Shown here piece after piece: positions 10,701-17,146 of a stretch of DNA of 64,000 nt. This DNA is from Eubacteriales bacterium. Its GTDB lineage: Bacteria > Bacillota > Clostridia > Christensenellales > UBA1242. A program made the position numbers and the translations under genes. Position 1 is the first letter of the stretch; every line of letters begins with the position of its first letter. Below the pieces are notes generated by a model that ran no database searches, had not been told where the DNA came from, and saw only the letters and a program-made list of their open reading frames with translations. The stretch is from positions 1,936 to 65,935 of the forward strand of contig JAHAXB010000022.1 in the NCBI GenBank assembly GCA_018384735.1, given 5' to 3'.

Positions 10701-13078
10701 GCACCTTGCGCGCTTTGCCGACCGAGTTGGCATCCTACGCAACCGAAATTTACGAATTGGTTGAAGAACAACTTCCGTACGAGGATAGTGTTTACGATTT
10801 GATTAAGTTCTTGGTTGCTAACCAATATTACAATGAAAGCACGCACCAATTAACCAACGCTTATCATACTGCATGTAACAGTAATGCCTTGGTAGCATTG
10901 GGTACTGCCTTATCTCAATATAACGATATTTATGATAAATTAAACGAAGCCGCGCTCAATATTCAAACTACTGGTACGACCCGTTTCAACAATAACGATT
11001 TACCGTACTTTGAATACCGTTTCAAACCGGGGAACCAAACCACTATTGACAAGGGACTTTCGACCGCTTGGCAACAGGGTAACATTGAAGCCAAAGACCA
11101 AGGTGAATATGTCATTGAATGTCGTTTGGTTTACAAGAAGAGTATCTTTGAATTGGTTGGCGATTTACCGTCAGGTTATGAATTCGTCATCTATTCGGAT
11201 AAGATTGATAGCGATTTGCAAAATGATTATGCTGCTTTAACACCAAACCCAACCGATCACGAATTTACCAAGGAGGAATTGAAAAAGTTTGGTCTGCCGT
11301 TTGGTACATTGACCGCTAAAATTCAAGCAATGAATTTCCCGGCCGACTCGGTCCGTGCTGTCATCAAAAATAGCAATGGCGAAATTGTTTCGGGTCGCAG
11401 CTTCACTCGCGCCGAAGCATATAACTTGTATCTTGATTTTGAATGCGATTATCCGGATGAATTGAAACAAGAATTTGCAAAGAAAGTTAAATACAACTAT
11501 ATCATTAATGATGAATACCATCATGTTGACCGTACCCCAGTCCCATACGAAAAATACGAAAAACCAGATTATGATGGTAAGGTACATAAACTTGGTGAAG
11601 TTTTGGATTTGAATTTGGGTACTTACCAATTCTTCGTTACCATCGGTGTAGATACTAACTCCAGTGCTTATGACCAATTTGAAACCAAAGAAACTGCACT
11701 TGATGAAATTACCATTGCGGAAACTCGCGTTGTCAACATCCATATGCCATTGAATACTTACAGCAATGTTGCCTATGTCCGCGTCTGGATTGATTTCACC
11801 GGGGATATGGGTTACGAAGATTCGCCTTACAAGGCGCAAGGTCAAGTTAACACGCTTGATGGTTTGTTCTGCACCTTCAATAATGTTGCTTCCAGTGGTG
11901 TGGATGGACGCGCTTGTGTCCGTATGAACATTGATAATGGCAACTATTTCCGTACAGCGCAAAACAAATACACAATTGACACATATCGCGAAAAAATTCC
12001 AGTTGACTTGAATGAAGATAAAAAATATTATCGCGAATACCAAGGTTTGTACAATGGAAGTATTGACTACTGGTTGTATGAAATTTACCACATCCAATAT
12101 GACAAGAATGGTGCTGAACCGTTGAGTGAAGGTGCTGCGCCGACCGATGGTTGGAAATGGCATGGTGTTGATTACAAATTGGAAGAAAACATTTATACCA
12201 AGAAAGCGGACGACGGTTCTACTTTGAACGCAAACGGTTGGAATGTCACCCGCGCAGGTAACGGCAAGGCGTATCCGAAAAACTCGTACTATCGCGAAGA
12301 TGCGTCACAAATTTTCTATGCTGATTTCTCTAAGCCGGGTGAAGATAGTTATTTGATTAAATGGGTTATTACGGCTGGCAACGTTACCTATGAATTGGAT
12401 CGCAGTGGAAAATGGTTCAATACGAGCACTGATGACAAACGCGAAACTGGTATCTTTGTTGATGAAGGTGACATTATTCCATTACCACAAATTGTCCACG
12501 ATGAAGATGGTAACAAGTTCTGGTCTGGCAGTTTGTTCGGTGGTTACTATATCCAAGGTTGGCAAGCGGAAGATAGTTCAATCTACAGTGCTGCCACTAT
12601 GTACGCCACCCATAGCGTTACTTATACCGCTTCGGTTGAAAATGGTATGTTAGTTCCGACCACTGATACGGTACGTTGCGTCTTTGTTAATAACGACGGA
12701 GAACAAATCAGTGATACTGGTGTTTTGGCTAGCGGTGCTGATGCGTGTATGGCATTGTCCGGTATGAGTAAAGAGCAATTAAAAGCCTATCGCGAAGGTT
12801 TGGATACTTGGTTAAAAGACAATAGCAACAAACAATTAAAGACCAGCGAAATTAAAGACGGCTATTTTGAATACAGTTTGGGCGCAGCTAAACAAACGCA
12901 AACACCGACTACTGAAACTGATGACAAATCTGATGGCATGAACGAATACTTTATAATGTTCATTATCTTGGCAGCTGGCGTCATCGCGCTAGGTGCATCG
13001 TTAGGTGTATACTTGGTAATGCGTAAGAAAAGCAGGGTGGTCAACTTTAAAAACTTTAAAGAAGAAGCTAGGCATTAA
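1760..13078 (+). CDS. giant (3772 aa) cell-surface repeat protein with N- and C-terminal transmembrane segments
   Basis: Uninterrupted 11.3-kb ORF with a GTG start. N-terminal hydrophobic GIIIAAGALFTAV, then a Gly-rich region (GGGLGSYANGGGK, GLGGGAGYFDGG). About 18 modules each end in a (V/A)G(T/E/S)YY(L/I/F)WV(K/R)-type strand. C-terminal TM FIMFIILAAGVIALGASLGVYLV is followed by basic MRKKSR. Confidence 0.8.
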   Translation: MGIIIAAGALFTAVYDVIYKYNSSNTTNLNAATVDYTGKTRFGVGGTKNNGAESTTLSFDAGTYVVAFSGQQGKFNGGPGCSAGACCIAFYKADGSAERPNSMTVVIGEGGGLGSYANGGGKTVVSTNFALPNGYNGEYQAMASGGGAFYAGQGADDNGRTFNVADGTFAGWEADGWATTMWKIGVATNHIQGTPATQTHGGWLRKYISETEEAGFIMTPNYTSGNDEWSGKQGLGGGAGYFDGGACVGRQYAGGGSCTPWCYPLCSSDTERPMTYARDAWDSKGNKVRVWMRDGGFVNYYRIDPELSYYPASNEALWQGNGIEIELKPGVNVEEGNERRHSVAKFVNDYDSYNEYDTGLRTGWVYSVSEDGKSWHGVGPDGVSPYYKTAQYKNGNGGEGRDGAKKLNSANEEQLLKYIEGLPNDLIGDPANPEDDNVIIKDGYEKWFEHTDESNPIAANRIVNEWSPYVPKRSKIGTTYVRARYVLYAQDFVNVTGKDAGTDFNGEGCDEKVSTEYIGPTYKMKYMYPEFAAEDDDYTITAVGTKGQQDTYLKLTVNAINPPARVETDPTFAGVDGTGTEAGAKVLFYTGYYQKLITAGATGNDGAPDYAMDHIEYSLLNEYGTRMIGWTPNYDDIKAISSGRYTVQYRAIGKDGHYSSDDDYGEGASKKPYEKTIIISDTHVLAKPGGPVANSPGNLVYQGGDPITLLSAGSSTTYMNPEDTNDPDPIGEVWYKLGDGEPTMDWSSLTATEVGTYTISYYAKPTEYGASTGWQASEWASITVTIEKADGQLNRGSGADILAGIGGLVYNGNSQTLFKGAGTSLGGGTVYYTVVETNSSADPSETRTPGSNLAGEVTLNNLKAINAFDGANQIYYHLFYRAAESSSYKAVSWTYTGVYTTISKAKFTVSINQESDAKYDGRAHQIWGGSPVIASTNSTLQGANLLDVNYTLTYTSSNYLVERGPWSTPTTSLDVMKTIPVLAGWYKLTATWAPKADESYSNQIEAQTEPVVLTHGQASSGGTDDYFKITKATDAAEALVKVTGLGIRNNQSADNIVVHVTTGGDVEAPFSAEQNIDLVAGPQELTELNGISTQGDDNYNKLSYILLRSDLTPTAENPQWVACATATDLNTALPTVIPSRAGTFCLWFKIDRHNNFANDMIFKVATIVVEGFGADNVPLKGVCLTGSNKAVGGDGTGEGNGAIVYDGQSHKIVKYGTLQSADAAFTLGDVSYAWNTSNNVIPTSGWETVTDDLPKITNVGTYYLWVRWTDSETVVSCAGRLYGSVQIKKLSINDAGTEVYFSGLEYNGTYTQRDNLANGAYDNYNLTFSNQAQCLVANSTTPTIAVYDKATGSGDLVGQFGIIELGVSSATNMMTGRYDINTGNNYQSLSAVYCGSYYLWVRWGGSTNVEAGAMVYRVLDGDRNVLVAPKFNITQLLSLTDSNFSVPTVFLEQTDGGYHPFKYTFSGNTYNAQSQALFAIKFAPTLLIGGQNYNASVVAYEYLLVDSNDPDVIKSQTYDNQWQSAINMAQRSDLGNYYMWVKIIINDENVNATYYYMNPQAATISAATSFVQILPTAITGITYSGDGNKHQLIYASSQAAPHVEYSLGELTAVNGEWQWSTDVNAEILKWDQAGTFKVYFRGAEYKDNGVVIFETEDRANNNYPYITVSINRTAAGFVEEKMPKAKSGVYYTGALIACDDLFSNGKAQLNGTEGEVDLVYSWTGNGDWVSYGDDKLKQLNAGSYTLYFKPEEGHSNIDYSSNIIGSITIVINKVEIGITSPVVVGGGELIYKGAAYQVFPTTEDCGDYRLQRDGSPLVVAGNRNIWHSEYLAGDYVDNGKQKYGNMGAIYYALSNNKDTQPTADAWKSNYDEIQISQVGTYYFWMKVDEGDNHLGLDAICFENTPLTIVAANADSIRFNQSTYTVQKDSQGQNLRFNRLSRNLIEDLTLSVQVLNRDENGVSTNTYGAPVATSELGRVYYSLRTRAEGAPEIGDYSSNGWIANWQNLAKVNAGEYDLWVMLYNDGTGNIATTRVCLSTLAIDAGMNQRETICIDRAVKSDITVSGISSLSNEFTGDDIYVKNKALAVGDLLVRISSSQYTLSSEIETVEYMFWNLNDHTAAPTVDDYDWTSWNQTRARKVGQYQLYVHVVLSDNTNIDDSDLVYPLFPVDGYAEITRAGELSLVINAPGFASGLAYDATEQCLLTSQATLSMQNGNHLMGVNGRAWYYISGSSISMTKDGTNDNTAAGEDGWYSDITLNGKLKQANVGTYYIWVKFDEGDSHTALEARYIGSVSIKAAGENDIDLGGITFATDLAYTGAAQTLFGGAATLRFKTSAESATADTASIEYAYSDNPSIMPTDGWTADISTLKAAKAGEYYVWVKVTAAENQTTHSYNIVSFCKCYFNDPEKDFTEIIPADLELSYFNNSIAPRTEGLIYIGKEQNLVKLTANTEGKLSIIISNNLDVNINAINDDISVTWGLGNGANLAGKPTVWYSDINEIKGKYADTYYLWVKVEGSRNLNDFMKCYALVQIAPAEVVYGTYDEVNQIFTAVAPSYYGDNSDQLTYTGADQQLLKTVPTAWFYAAGDYYEGNHYYPVDPELQITFGVNTDTNTLNITDMNLVTGKNAGDYHVFYGVPAADGKWEKSVYEIIVHIDQRDAGELVYGLLEAPRALTNVAFTDYYDSVSGERKGRSQRLINYGQLSALALNECAIEFWYEDEGYDSHKTYQYVNGGYTWVNGELPGRVNVIDGGYNICYRVVALNATGNFKSSTTTVTLTGVINPRQVTWVTRPEAVTGLKYSGKAQRALREGQLNVDADALGVKVYYSVVAPGENVTAANRAWTTRVPEIDKIGLWDIYYYVELDQNNEFVGKDAEKNSNLKGYMVQVLVGRYVLNIRTAPESSSVMYTAVDQKLVTYASLSVDTKKFSVSEYFEGKTIANDVTINKQLATAIENYLVAGTGKYVDETTYKLTEYYFKAKNNGTLRALPTELASYATEIYELVEEQLPYEDSVYDLIKFLVANQYYNESTHQLTNAYHTACNSNALVALGTALSQYNDIYDKLNEAALNIQTTGTTRFNNNDLPYFEYRFKPGNQTTIDKGLSTAWQQGNIEAKDQGEYVIECRLVYKKSIFELVGDLPSGYEFVIYSDKIDSDLQNDYAALTPNPTDHEFTKEELKKFGLPFGTLTAKIQAMNFPADSVRAVIKNSNGEIVSGRSFTRAEAYNLYLDFECDYPDELKQEFAKKVKYNYIINDEYHHVDRTPVPYEKYEKPDYDGKVHKLGEVLDLNLGTYQFFVTIGVDTNSSAYDQFETKETALDEITIAETRVVNIHMPLNTYSNVAYVRVWIDFTGDMGYEDSPYKAQGQVNTLDGLFCTFNNVASSGVDGRACVRMNIDNGNYFRTAQNKYTIDTYREKIPVDLNEDKKYYREYQGLYNGSIDYWLYEIYHIQYDKNGAEPLSEGAAPTDGWKWHGVDYKLEENIYTKKADDGSTLNANGWNVTRAGNGKAYPKNSYYREDASQIFYADFSKPGEDSYLIKWVITAGNVTYELDRSGKWFNTSTDDKRETGIFVDEGDIIPLPQIVHDEDGNKFWSGSLFGGYYIQGWQAEDSSIYSAATMYATHSVTYTASVENGMLVPTTDTVRCVFVNNDGEQISDTGVLASGADACMALSGMSKEQLKAYREGLDTWLKDNSNKQLKTSEIKDGYFEYSLGAAKQTQTPTTETDDKSDGMNEYFIMFIILAAGVIALGASLGVYLVMRKKSRVVNFKNFKEEARH

Positions 13079-13095
13079 TCTTTAAGAAATAGTAT

Positions 13096-13124
13096 TTGAC
13101 AAAATGCGTGCGAGTGACTATACT
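13096..13124 (+). promoter_or_regulatory. sigma70-type promoter of rplM-rpsI with leaderless geometry
   Basis: TTGACA (13096-13101), 17-nt spacer, TATACT (13119-13124). The ATG at 13133 lies 8 nt after the -10 and no SD is present. Confidence 0.55.
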
Positions 13125-13132
13125 TATCAAAT

Positions 13133-13585
13133 ATGATAGCACAAAAAACTTTTTTTGCGGACAAACAAAATACTAAGCGCGAATGGTTGCTGGTGGACGC
13201 CACCGGTCTTCCTGTTGGTCGCCTTTGCAGCCGTGTTGCATTGATTTTACGCGGTAAACACAAACCGACCTACACACCACACAGTGATGCAGGTGATTAT
13301 GTCATCATCGTTAATGCGGAGAAAGCCATCTTTACCGGTAAGAAAATGACCGATAAATACTATTTCCGTTACAGTGGTTATGTTGGTGGTGACAAATATA
13401 CTCAAGCCAAAGAAGCTATGCAAAAGAATCCAGCTTGGGTAATTGAACATGCGATTAAGGGTATGTTACCAAAGAACTCTTTGGGTCGCGAAATGTTCAA
13501 AAAATTAAAAGTCTATAACAATGCGGAACATCCTCATGCAGCACAAAAACCGCGTAAAATTGATATTAAAGGGAAGGCAAACTAA
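13133..13585 (+). CDS. rplM: 50S ribosomal protein L13
   Basis: 150 aa. [28 protein letters not shown] matches the L13 N-terminal signature. Confidence 0.95.
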   Translation: MIAQKTFFADKQNTKREWLLVDATGLPVGRLCSRVALILRGKHKPTYTPHSDAGDYVIIVNAEKAIFTGKKMTDKYYFRYSGYVGGDKYTQAKEAMQKNPAWVIEHAIKGMLPKNSLGREMFKKLKVYNNAEHPHAAQKPRKIDIKGKAN

Positions 13586-13587
13586 TC

Positions 13588-13992
13588 ATGGCAGTTAAGA
13601 AAAATGCAGTAGCACAAACTTTGGGAACTGGTCGTCGTAAATCCAGTGTTGCCCGCGTTCGTTTGATTAAAGGTACTGGTAAAGTTATTATCAATGACAA
13701 ATCCTTGGAAGAATATTTTGGTGATGGTTTCATGCGTTTAACCGTTAACCAACCATTCAGTTTGTTGGATGTAAATACTTTCGACGCCATTGTTAATGTT
13801 AATGGTGGTGGCTTGTCTGGTCAAGCTGGTGCAATCCGTCATGGTATTGCTCGTGCTTTGGTTAAAGAAGACGCAAACTTCAAGGCTGAATTGAAGAAAG
13901 CTGGTTTCTTAACCCGTGACCCACGTATGAAGGAACGTAAGAAATACGGTTTGAAAAAAGCTCGTCGTGCTCCACAATTCTCAAAGAGATAA
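13588..13992 (+). CDS. rpsI: 30S ribosomal protein S9
   Basis: 134 aa. [12 protein letters not shown]...[19 protein letters not shown]...[12 protein letters not shown] is the canonical S9 pattern. Confidence 0.95.
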   Translation: MAVKKNAVAQTLGTGRRKSSVARVRLIKGTGKVIINDKSLEEYFGDGFMRLTVNQPFSLLDVNTFDAIVNVNGGGLSGQAGAIRHGIARALVKEDANFKAELKKAGFLTRDPRMKERKKYGLKKARRAPQFSKR

Positions 13993-14012
13993 AAGAATTG
14001 TATATTTACAAA

Positions 14013-14036
14013 AGCCCCGAAACGGGGCTTTTTTTG
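14013..14036 (+). terminator. rho-independent terminator after rpsI
   Basis: agccccg-aaa-cggggct hairpin followed by a T run. Confidence 0.7.
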
Positions 14037-14047
14037 TAAAAGATAAT

Positions 14048-14076
14048 TTGCTTTTTATTGCAAGTGCATATATAAT
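14048..14076 (+). promoter_or_regulatory. sigma70-type promoter with leaderless geometry (mreB-like gene)
   Basis: TTGCTT (14048-14053), 17-nt spacer, TATAAT (14071-14076). The GTG start at 14083 lies 6 nt after the -10. Confidence 0.5.
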
Positions 14077-14082
14077 TATTTC

Positions 14083-14907
14083 GTGCCAATCGAAATTGTT
14101 GCGGATTTTAATCAAGATAATCTTCGGCTATACAAACGCGGGCTGGGAATTATTTTTAATGAAGAAATTGATGATACATTGACCAAGAAGGTTCGAAAGA
14201 TTTTAAGTGACCACGAACAAAAGAAAATTGCCGTGGTCGGAACTCCGGGGGAGACCGAAGAACGTGTAGCTTGCGAAAAAGGTATTTTGTACGACATCGG
14301 TTTTTCTGATTTAGTTTACATCCAACCGACGGTCGCTTTGGCGTCATATTTTGGTTACCCGTTTACCGAACAAGTACCGGTCATGGCGGTTGTCATTGGT
14401 GACTCTGCGACCGACTTGGCGATTATGCTGGGCGAAAAAATATTGTACAGTGGCATTCTTGATGTAGGTGTTGACTCTTGCGTTGAAGCCATTAAAGATT
14501 TGGTAGCGGAAAAGTACGACGTTGAAATCAGCTACGAAAACGCACGTAACATTTTCAACGATGTTGCTTCGTTATTGAAAAATGATACCCGTTTCGTTAA
14601 GTTTCCGGAATTTATTTTGAAAGCCGAACAGGTTCGCGAAGTTATTTATCCTTTGTACGCGCAAATTATCGGCGCGATTAACCATTTGTTACCGCAAGCC
14701 AGTGCGGAAGTCATGCGCCAAATTTTAAGCACGGGTGTGGTCTTTGGTGGTCCGGGCGCAAAAATTCGTGGCTTGTCCGAAGCCGTTTATTGGAGTTTAC
14801 AGCTACAAACCATGATTGCCCAAGACGAAAACAACGCAACACTGTTGGGTGCGGGTAGCTTATTGGAACAGCCGCAATTATTTCTAAATTTAACCCAAAA
14901 CGCATAA
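14083..14907 (+). CDS. divergent, shortened MreB/actin-like protein with degenerate nucleotide-binding motifs
   Basis: 274 aa, collinear with MreB. ADFNQDNLRLY aligns with DLGTANTLVY, VVIGDSATDLAIM with VDIGGGTTEVAII, and GVVFGGPGAKIRGLSE with GIVLTGGGALLRGLD. C-terminus ends in LLGAGSLLE. Confidence 0.6.
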   Translation: MPIEIVADFNQDNLRLYKRGLGIIFNEEIDDTLTKKVRKILSDHEQKKIAVVGTPGETEERVACEKGILYDIGFSDLVYIQPTVALASYFGYPFTEQVPVMAVVIGDSATDLAIMLGEKILYSGILDVGVDSCVEAIKDLVAEKYDVEISYENARNIFNDVASLLKNDTRFVKFPEFILKAEQVREVIYPLYAQIIGAINHLLPQASAEVMRQILSTGVVFGGPGAKIRGLSEAVYWSLQLQTMIAQDENNATLLGAGSLLEQPQLFLNLTQNA

Positions 14908-14909
14908 AT

Positions 14910-15698
14910 TTGATTGTGCGTTTTTTTATTCATCCGTTGTTTATTTTGACTGCCGTGGTAGCGATAATTTTTGCTGCGACGGATTTTTTAATTGCGTTAA
15001 CGGTTGCGGTGGTTCTGCATGAACTTGCACACGCTTTGGTAGCAAAACATTTCGGCGCCGTGGTTGCGCGGATTACTTTGACGCCGTTTGGTGGTGCCTT
15101 GAATTTGAAAACCAAGATTTTGACGGCGTACCAGCAACGACTGATTTATTGGGCGGGTCCGGTCACCAGTTTATTGTTTAGTTTGTTATTTGGCGTCATG
15201 GTTTGGCTTTTCCCGAGTGTTTTTATATATCTGGAATATTTAGTGGTCGCTAACTTCTTGGTCGGTGTTATCAATCTCTTGCCGATTTACCCGCTGGACG
15301 GTGGCAAAATTTTGGCGCATATTGTCCCGGCTAAAACTATTTTTATTTGGTCGGATGTGGTTTTCGCGGTGGTGTTAATCGTGTCTTTGGTTTTACAAAA
15401 TTGGTGGTGGAGTTGTTTTGCAATTATTGTTTTACTGCAAATCAACTGGGATTTCAAACAATCCATTTATGTTGATAAGTTTAATTACGCCGGTAAAACT
15501 AAAACAGGTAAATTTACATCATGCGCAGTTTTGTCCGATATGACTTTATTTCATGTTTATAAAATGCTCAACCCAAAGCATCCAACTCAATTTGTTATTA
15601 CCGACCGCAGCAACGCCATTTTTTACGAAAACGATTTAGAACAGTGGCTCCTGCAATTCCCATCCAATACGACTTTAAAAAAATGCATGAAAAATTAA
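14910..15698 (+). CDS. site-2 protease family (M50) membrane metalloprotease
   Basis: Multi-TM protein with HELAH (HExxH) inside the first TM region and a later NLLPIYPLDGG (LDG) motif. Confidence 0.7.
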   Translation: MIVRFFIHPLFILTAVVAIIFAATDFLIALTVAVVLHELAHALVAKHFGAVVARITLTPFGGALNLKTKILTAYQQRLIYWAGPVTSLLFSLLFGVMVWLFPSVFIYLEYLVVANFLVGVINLLPIYPLDGGKILAHIVPAKTIFIWSDVVFAVVLIVSLVLQNWWWSCFAIIVLLQINWDFKQSIYVDKFNYAGKTKTGKFTSCAVLSDMTLFHVYKMLNPKHPTQFVITDRSNAIFYENDLEQWLLQFPSNTTLKKCMKN

Positions 15699-15744
15699 AT
15701 TTCACGCTCGGAAACTTGTGCTGTCGTATTGGTTTGCTCCAAAG

Positions 15745-15820
15745 TGGTGGCGATGGCTGGAATCGAACCAGCGATACCCGGGGTATGAACTCGGTGCATT
15801 AGCCGCTGTGCTACATCGCC
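15745..15820 (-). tRNA. tRNA with CAU anticodon (elongator Met or lysidine-dependent Ile2)
   Basis: Reverse complement ggcgatgtagcacagcggctaatgcaccgagttcataccccgggtatcgctggttcgattccagccatcgccacca folds as a 76-nt cloverleaf. Anticodon loop is ttCATac. The 1-72 G-C pair argues against an initiator. There is one A-C mismatch in the anticodon stem. Confidence 0.8.
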
Positions 15821-15868
15821 GTATTGATACTATATCAAACTTCTTAAAATAACGCAAGATATTTATGG

Positions 15869-15897
15869 TTGCATTTTTTGTCGGTTTAGTGTATCAT
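15869..15897 (+). promoter_or_regulatory. putative promoter of the rpsF-ssb-rpsR operon
   Basis: TTGCAT, 17-nt spacer, TATCAT. It is followed by a 60-nt leader with an AAGGAGG SD. Confidence 0.45.
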
Positions 15898-15913
15898 ACC
15901 AATGTATCTTTTT

Positions 15914-15932
15914 CCTACGGTTGCACCGTAGG
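15914..15932 (+). promoter_or_regulatory. hairpin in the rpsF 5' leader (possible S6:S18 autoregulatory element)
   Basis: cctacgg-ttgca-ccgtagg 7-bp stem between the promoter and the SD. The functional assignment is speculative. Confidence 0.25.
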
Positions 15933-15958
15933 CGTTAGACCATAAAAGGAGGTAAAAC

Positions 15959-16336
15959 ATGGAAAACAAAAAATCATATGAATGTATGATTGTTGTGGAC
16001 GCAAAACTCAACGAAGCAAAACGCGAAGAGCTGATTGCCAACTTTAAAAAAATGGCAGGTGCTCAAACAACAGTAGAAAAATTAGGCCAAAAGAAATATG
16101 GTTTCTACTACTTGTTAAATTTCAGCGCGGCTCCGGAAGTTCCAGCCAAAATGACCGCTTTGATGAACATTACCGAAGGTATCAACCGTCACTTGTTCAT
16201 TGCTAAGACCGATGTTATGTTGGCGCAAGACGTAATCCGCAAACAAAATCGTGCCAAAGCACGCGAAGAATACTTGGCTAAGAAAGAAAAAGAAATGCGT
16301 GAAAAAGAATCCAAAGAAGTAAAAGAAGGAGAATAA
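15959..16336 (+). CDS. rpsF: 30S ribosomal protein S6 (with K/E-rich C-terminal tail)
   Basis: Begins YECMIVVDAKL. Lies in the rpsF-ssb-rpsR arrangement. Confidence 0.85.
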   Translation: MENKKSYECMIVVDAKLNEAKREELIANFKKMAGAQTTVEKLGQKKYGFYYLLNFSAAPEVPAKMTALMNITEGINRHLFIAKTDVMLAQDVIRKQNRAKAREEYLAKKEKEMREKESKEVKEGE

Positions 16337-16342
16337 TTTACC

Positions 16343-16738
16343 ATGAACAAAGTTTTTTTAATTGGTAATTTAACCCGTGATCCAGAATTATCAAATGTTG
16401 GTGCATCTAATACCAGCGTTTGCCGTTTCTCGATCGCTGTTAATCGTCGTGCTGGTAGTAATGGAAATCAAGAAACCGATTTCTTTAACATTACCGTATG
16501 GCGTGCTTTAGGTGAAAATTGCGCTAAGTTTCTAAAAAAAGGTAGCAAAGTTGCTGTCAGTGGTGAAATTCAAATCCGCAACTATGAAGACAAAGAAGGT
16601 AACAAGCGTACCTATGTTGACATCGTTGCTAGCGAAGTTGAATTCTTAGATCGTCGTGGTGAAACCTCTGGTAAAACCTACGACCAAACCAACAATGTGG
16701 AAATGAAGCCCATTGCAGATGATTCGTTACCATTCTAA
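16343..16738 (+). CDS. ssb: single-stranded DNA-binding protein
   Basis: MNKVFLIGNLTRDPEL OB-fold N-terminus and an acidic C-terminal tip DDSLPF. Confidence 0.9.
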   Translation: MNKVFLIGNLTRDPELSNVGASNTSVCRFSIAVNRRAGSNGNQETDFFNITVWRALGENCAKFLKKGSKVAVSGEIQIRNYEDKEGNKRTYVDIVASEVEFLDRRGETSGKTYDQTNNVEMKPIADDSLPF

Positions 16739-16753
16739 TTAAAAGGAGAAATT

Positions 16754-17077
16754 ATGGGAGAAAATTTATCGACTCGCGAAGTTATTGAAGAATTAAGTCG
16801 TCAAGAAAATAAAGCCAACAAAAAGAACGCTAGCGAAAATACCGAAGAACGCAAAGAAAAACGCGCTCCTCGTCAAAAACGTCGTGTCTGCGCTTTCTGT
16901 ATGGAAAAAGACGAAGCTAAACGCCCGTTGTACATCGACTACAAAGATTCACGCTTGAAGAAATATGTTTCTGAAGGCGGCAAAATCTTCCCACGTCGTC
17001 AAACCGGTTTGTGTGCTGCTCACCAACGTGAATTGGCTCGCGCCGTTAAAGTTGCGAAGAGTATGGGCTTGTTGTAA
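16754..17077 (+). CDS. rpsR: 30S ribosomal protein S18 (with roughly 35-aa basic N-terminal extension)
   Basis: RRVCAFC...[32 protein letters not shown]. is the S18 core. Confidence 0.9.
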   Translation: MGENLSTREVIEELSRQENKANKKNASENTEERKEKRAPRQKRRVCAFCMEKDEAKRPLYIDYKDSRLKKYVSEGGKIFPRRQTGLCAAHQRELARAVKVAKSMGLL

Positions 17078-17110
17078 TTAGCAAGACACAATTTAATAAC
17101 AGTCTGAAAA

Positions 17111-17146
17111 AATAACGCATATATAAAACGGTGCGTTATTTTTTTG
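17111..17146 (+). terminator. rho-independent terminator after rpsR, overlapping the murC start codon
   Basis: aataacgca (17111-17119) pairs with tgcgttatt (17132-17140) and is followed by TTTTT. The GTG at 17131 sits at the 3' base of the loop and stem. Confidence 0.55.

Noticed and set aside
13967-14182. 71-aa ORF spanning the rpsI terminator and the mreB-like promoter.
   Set aside because: It runs through a terminator hairpin and a promoter. It is probably a chance ORF in AT-rich intergenic DNA.
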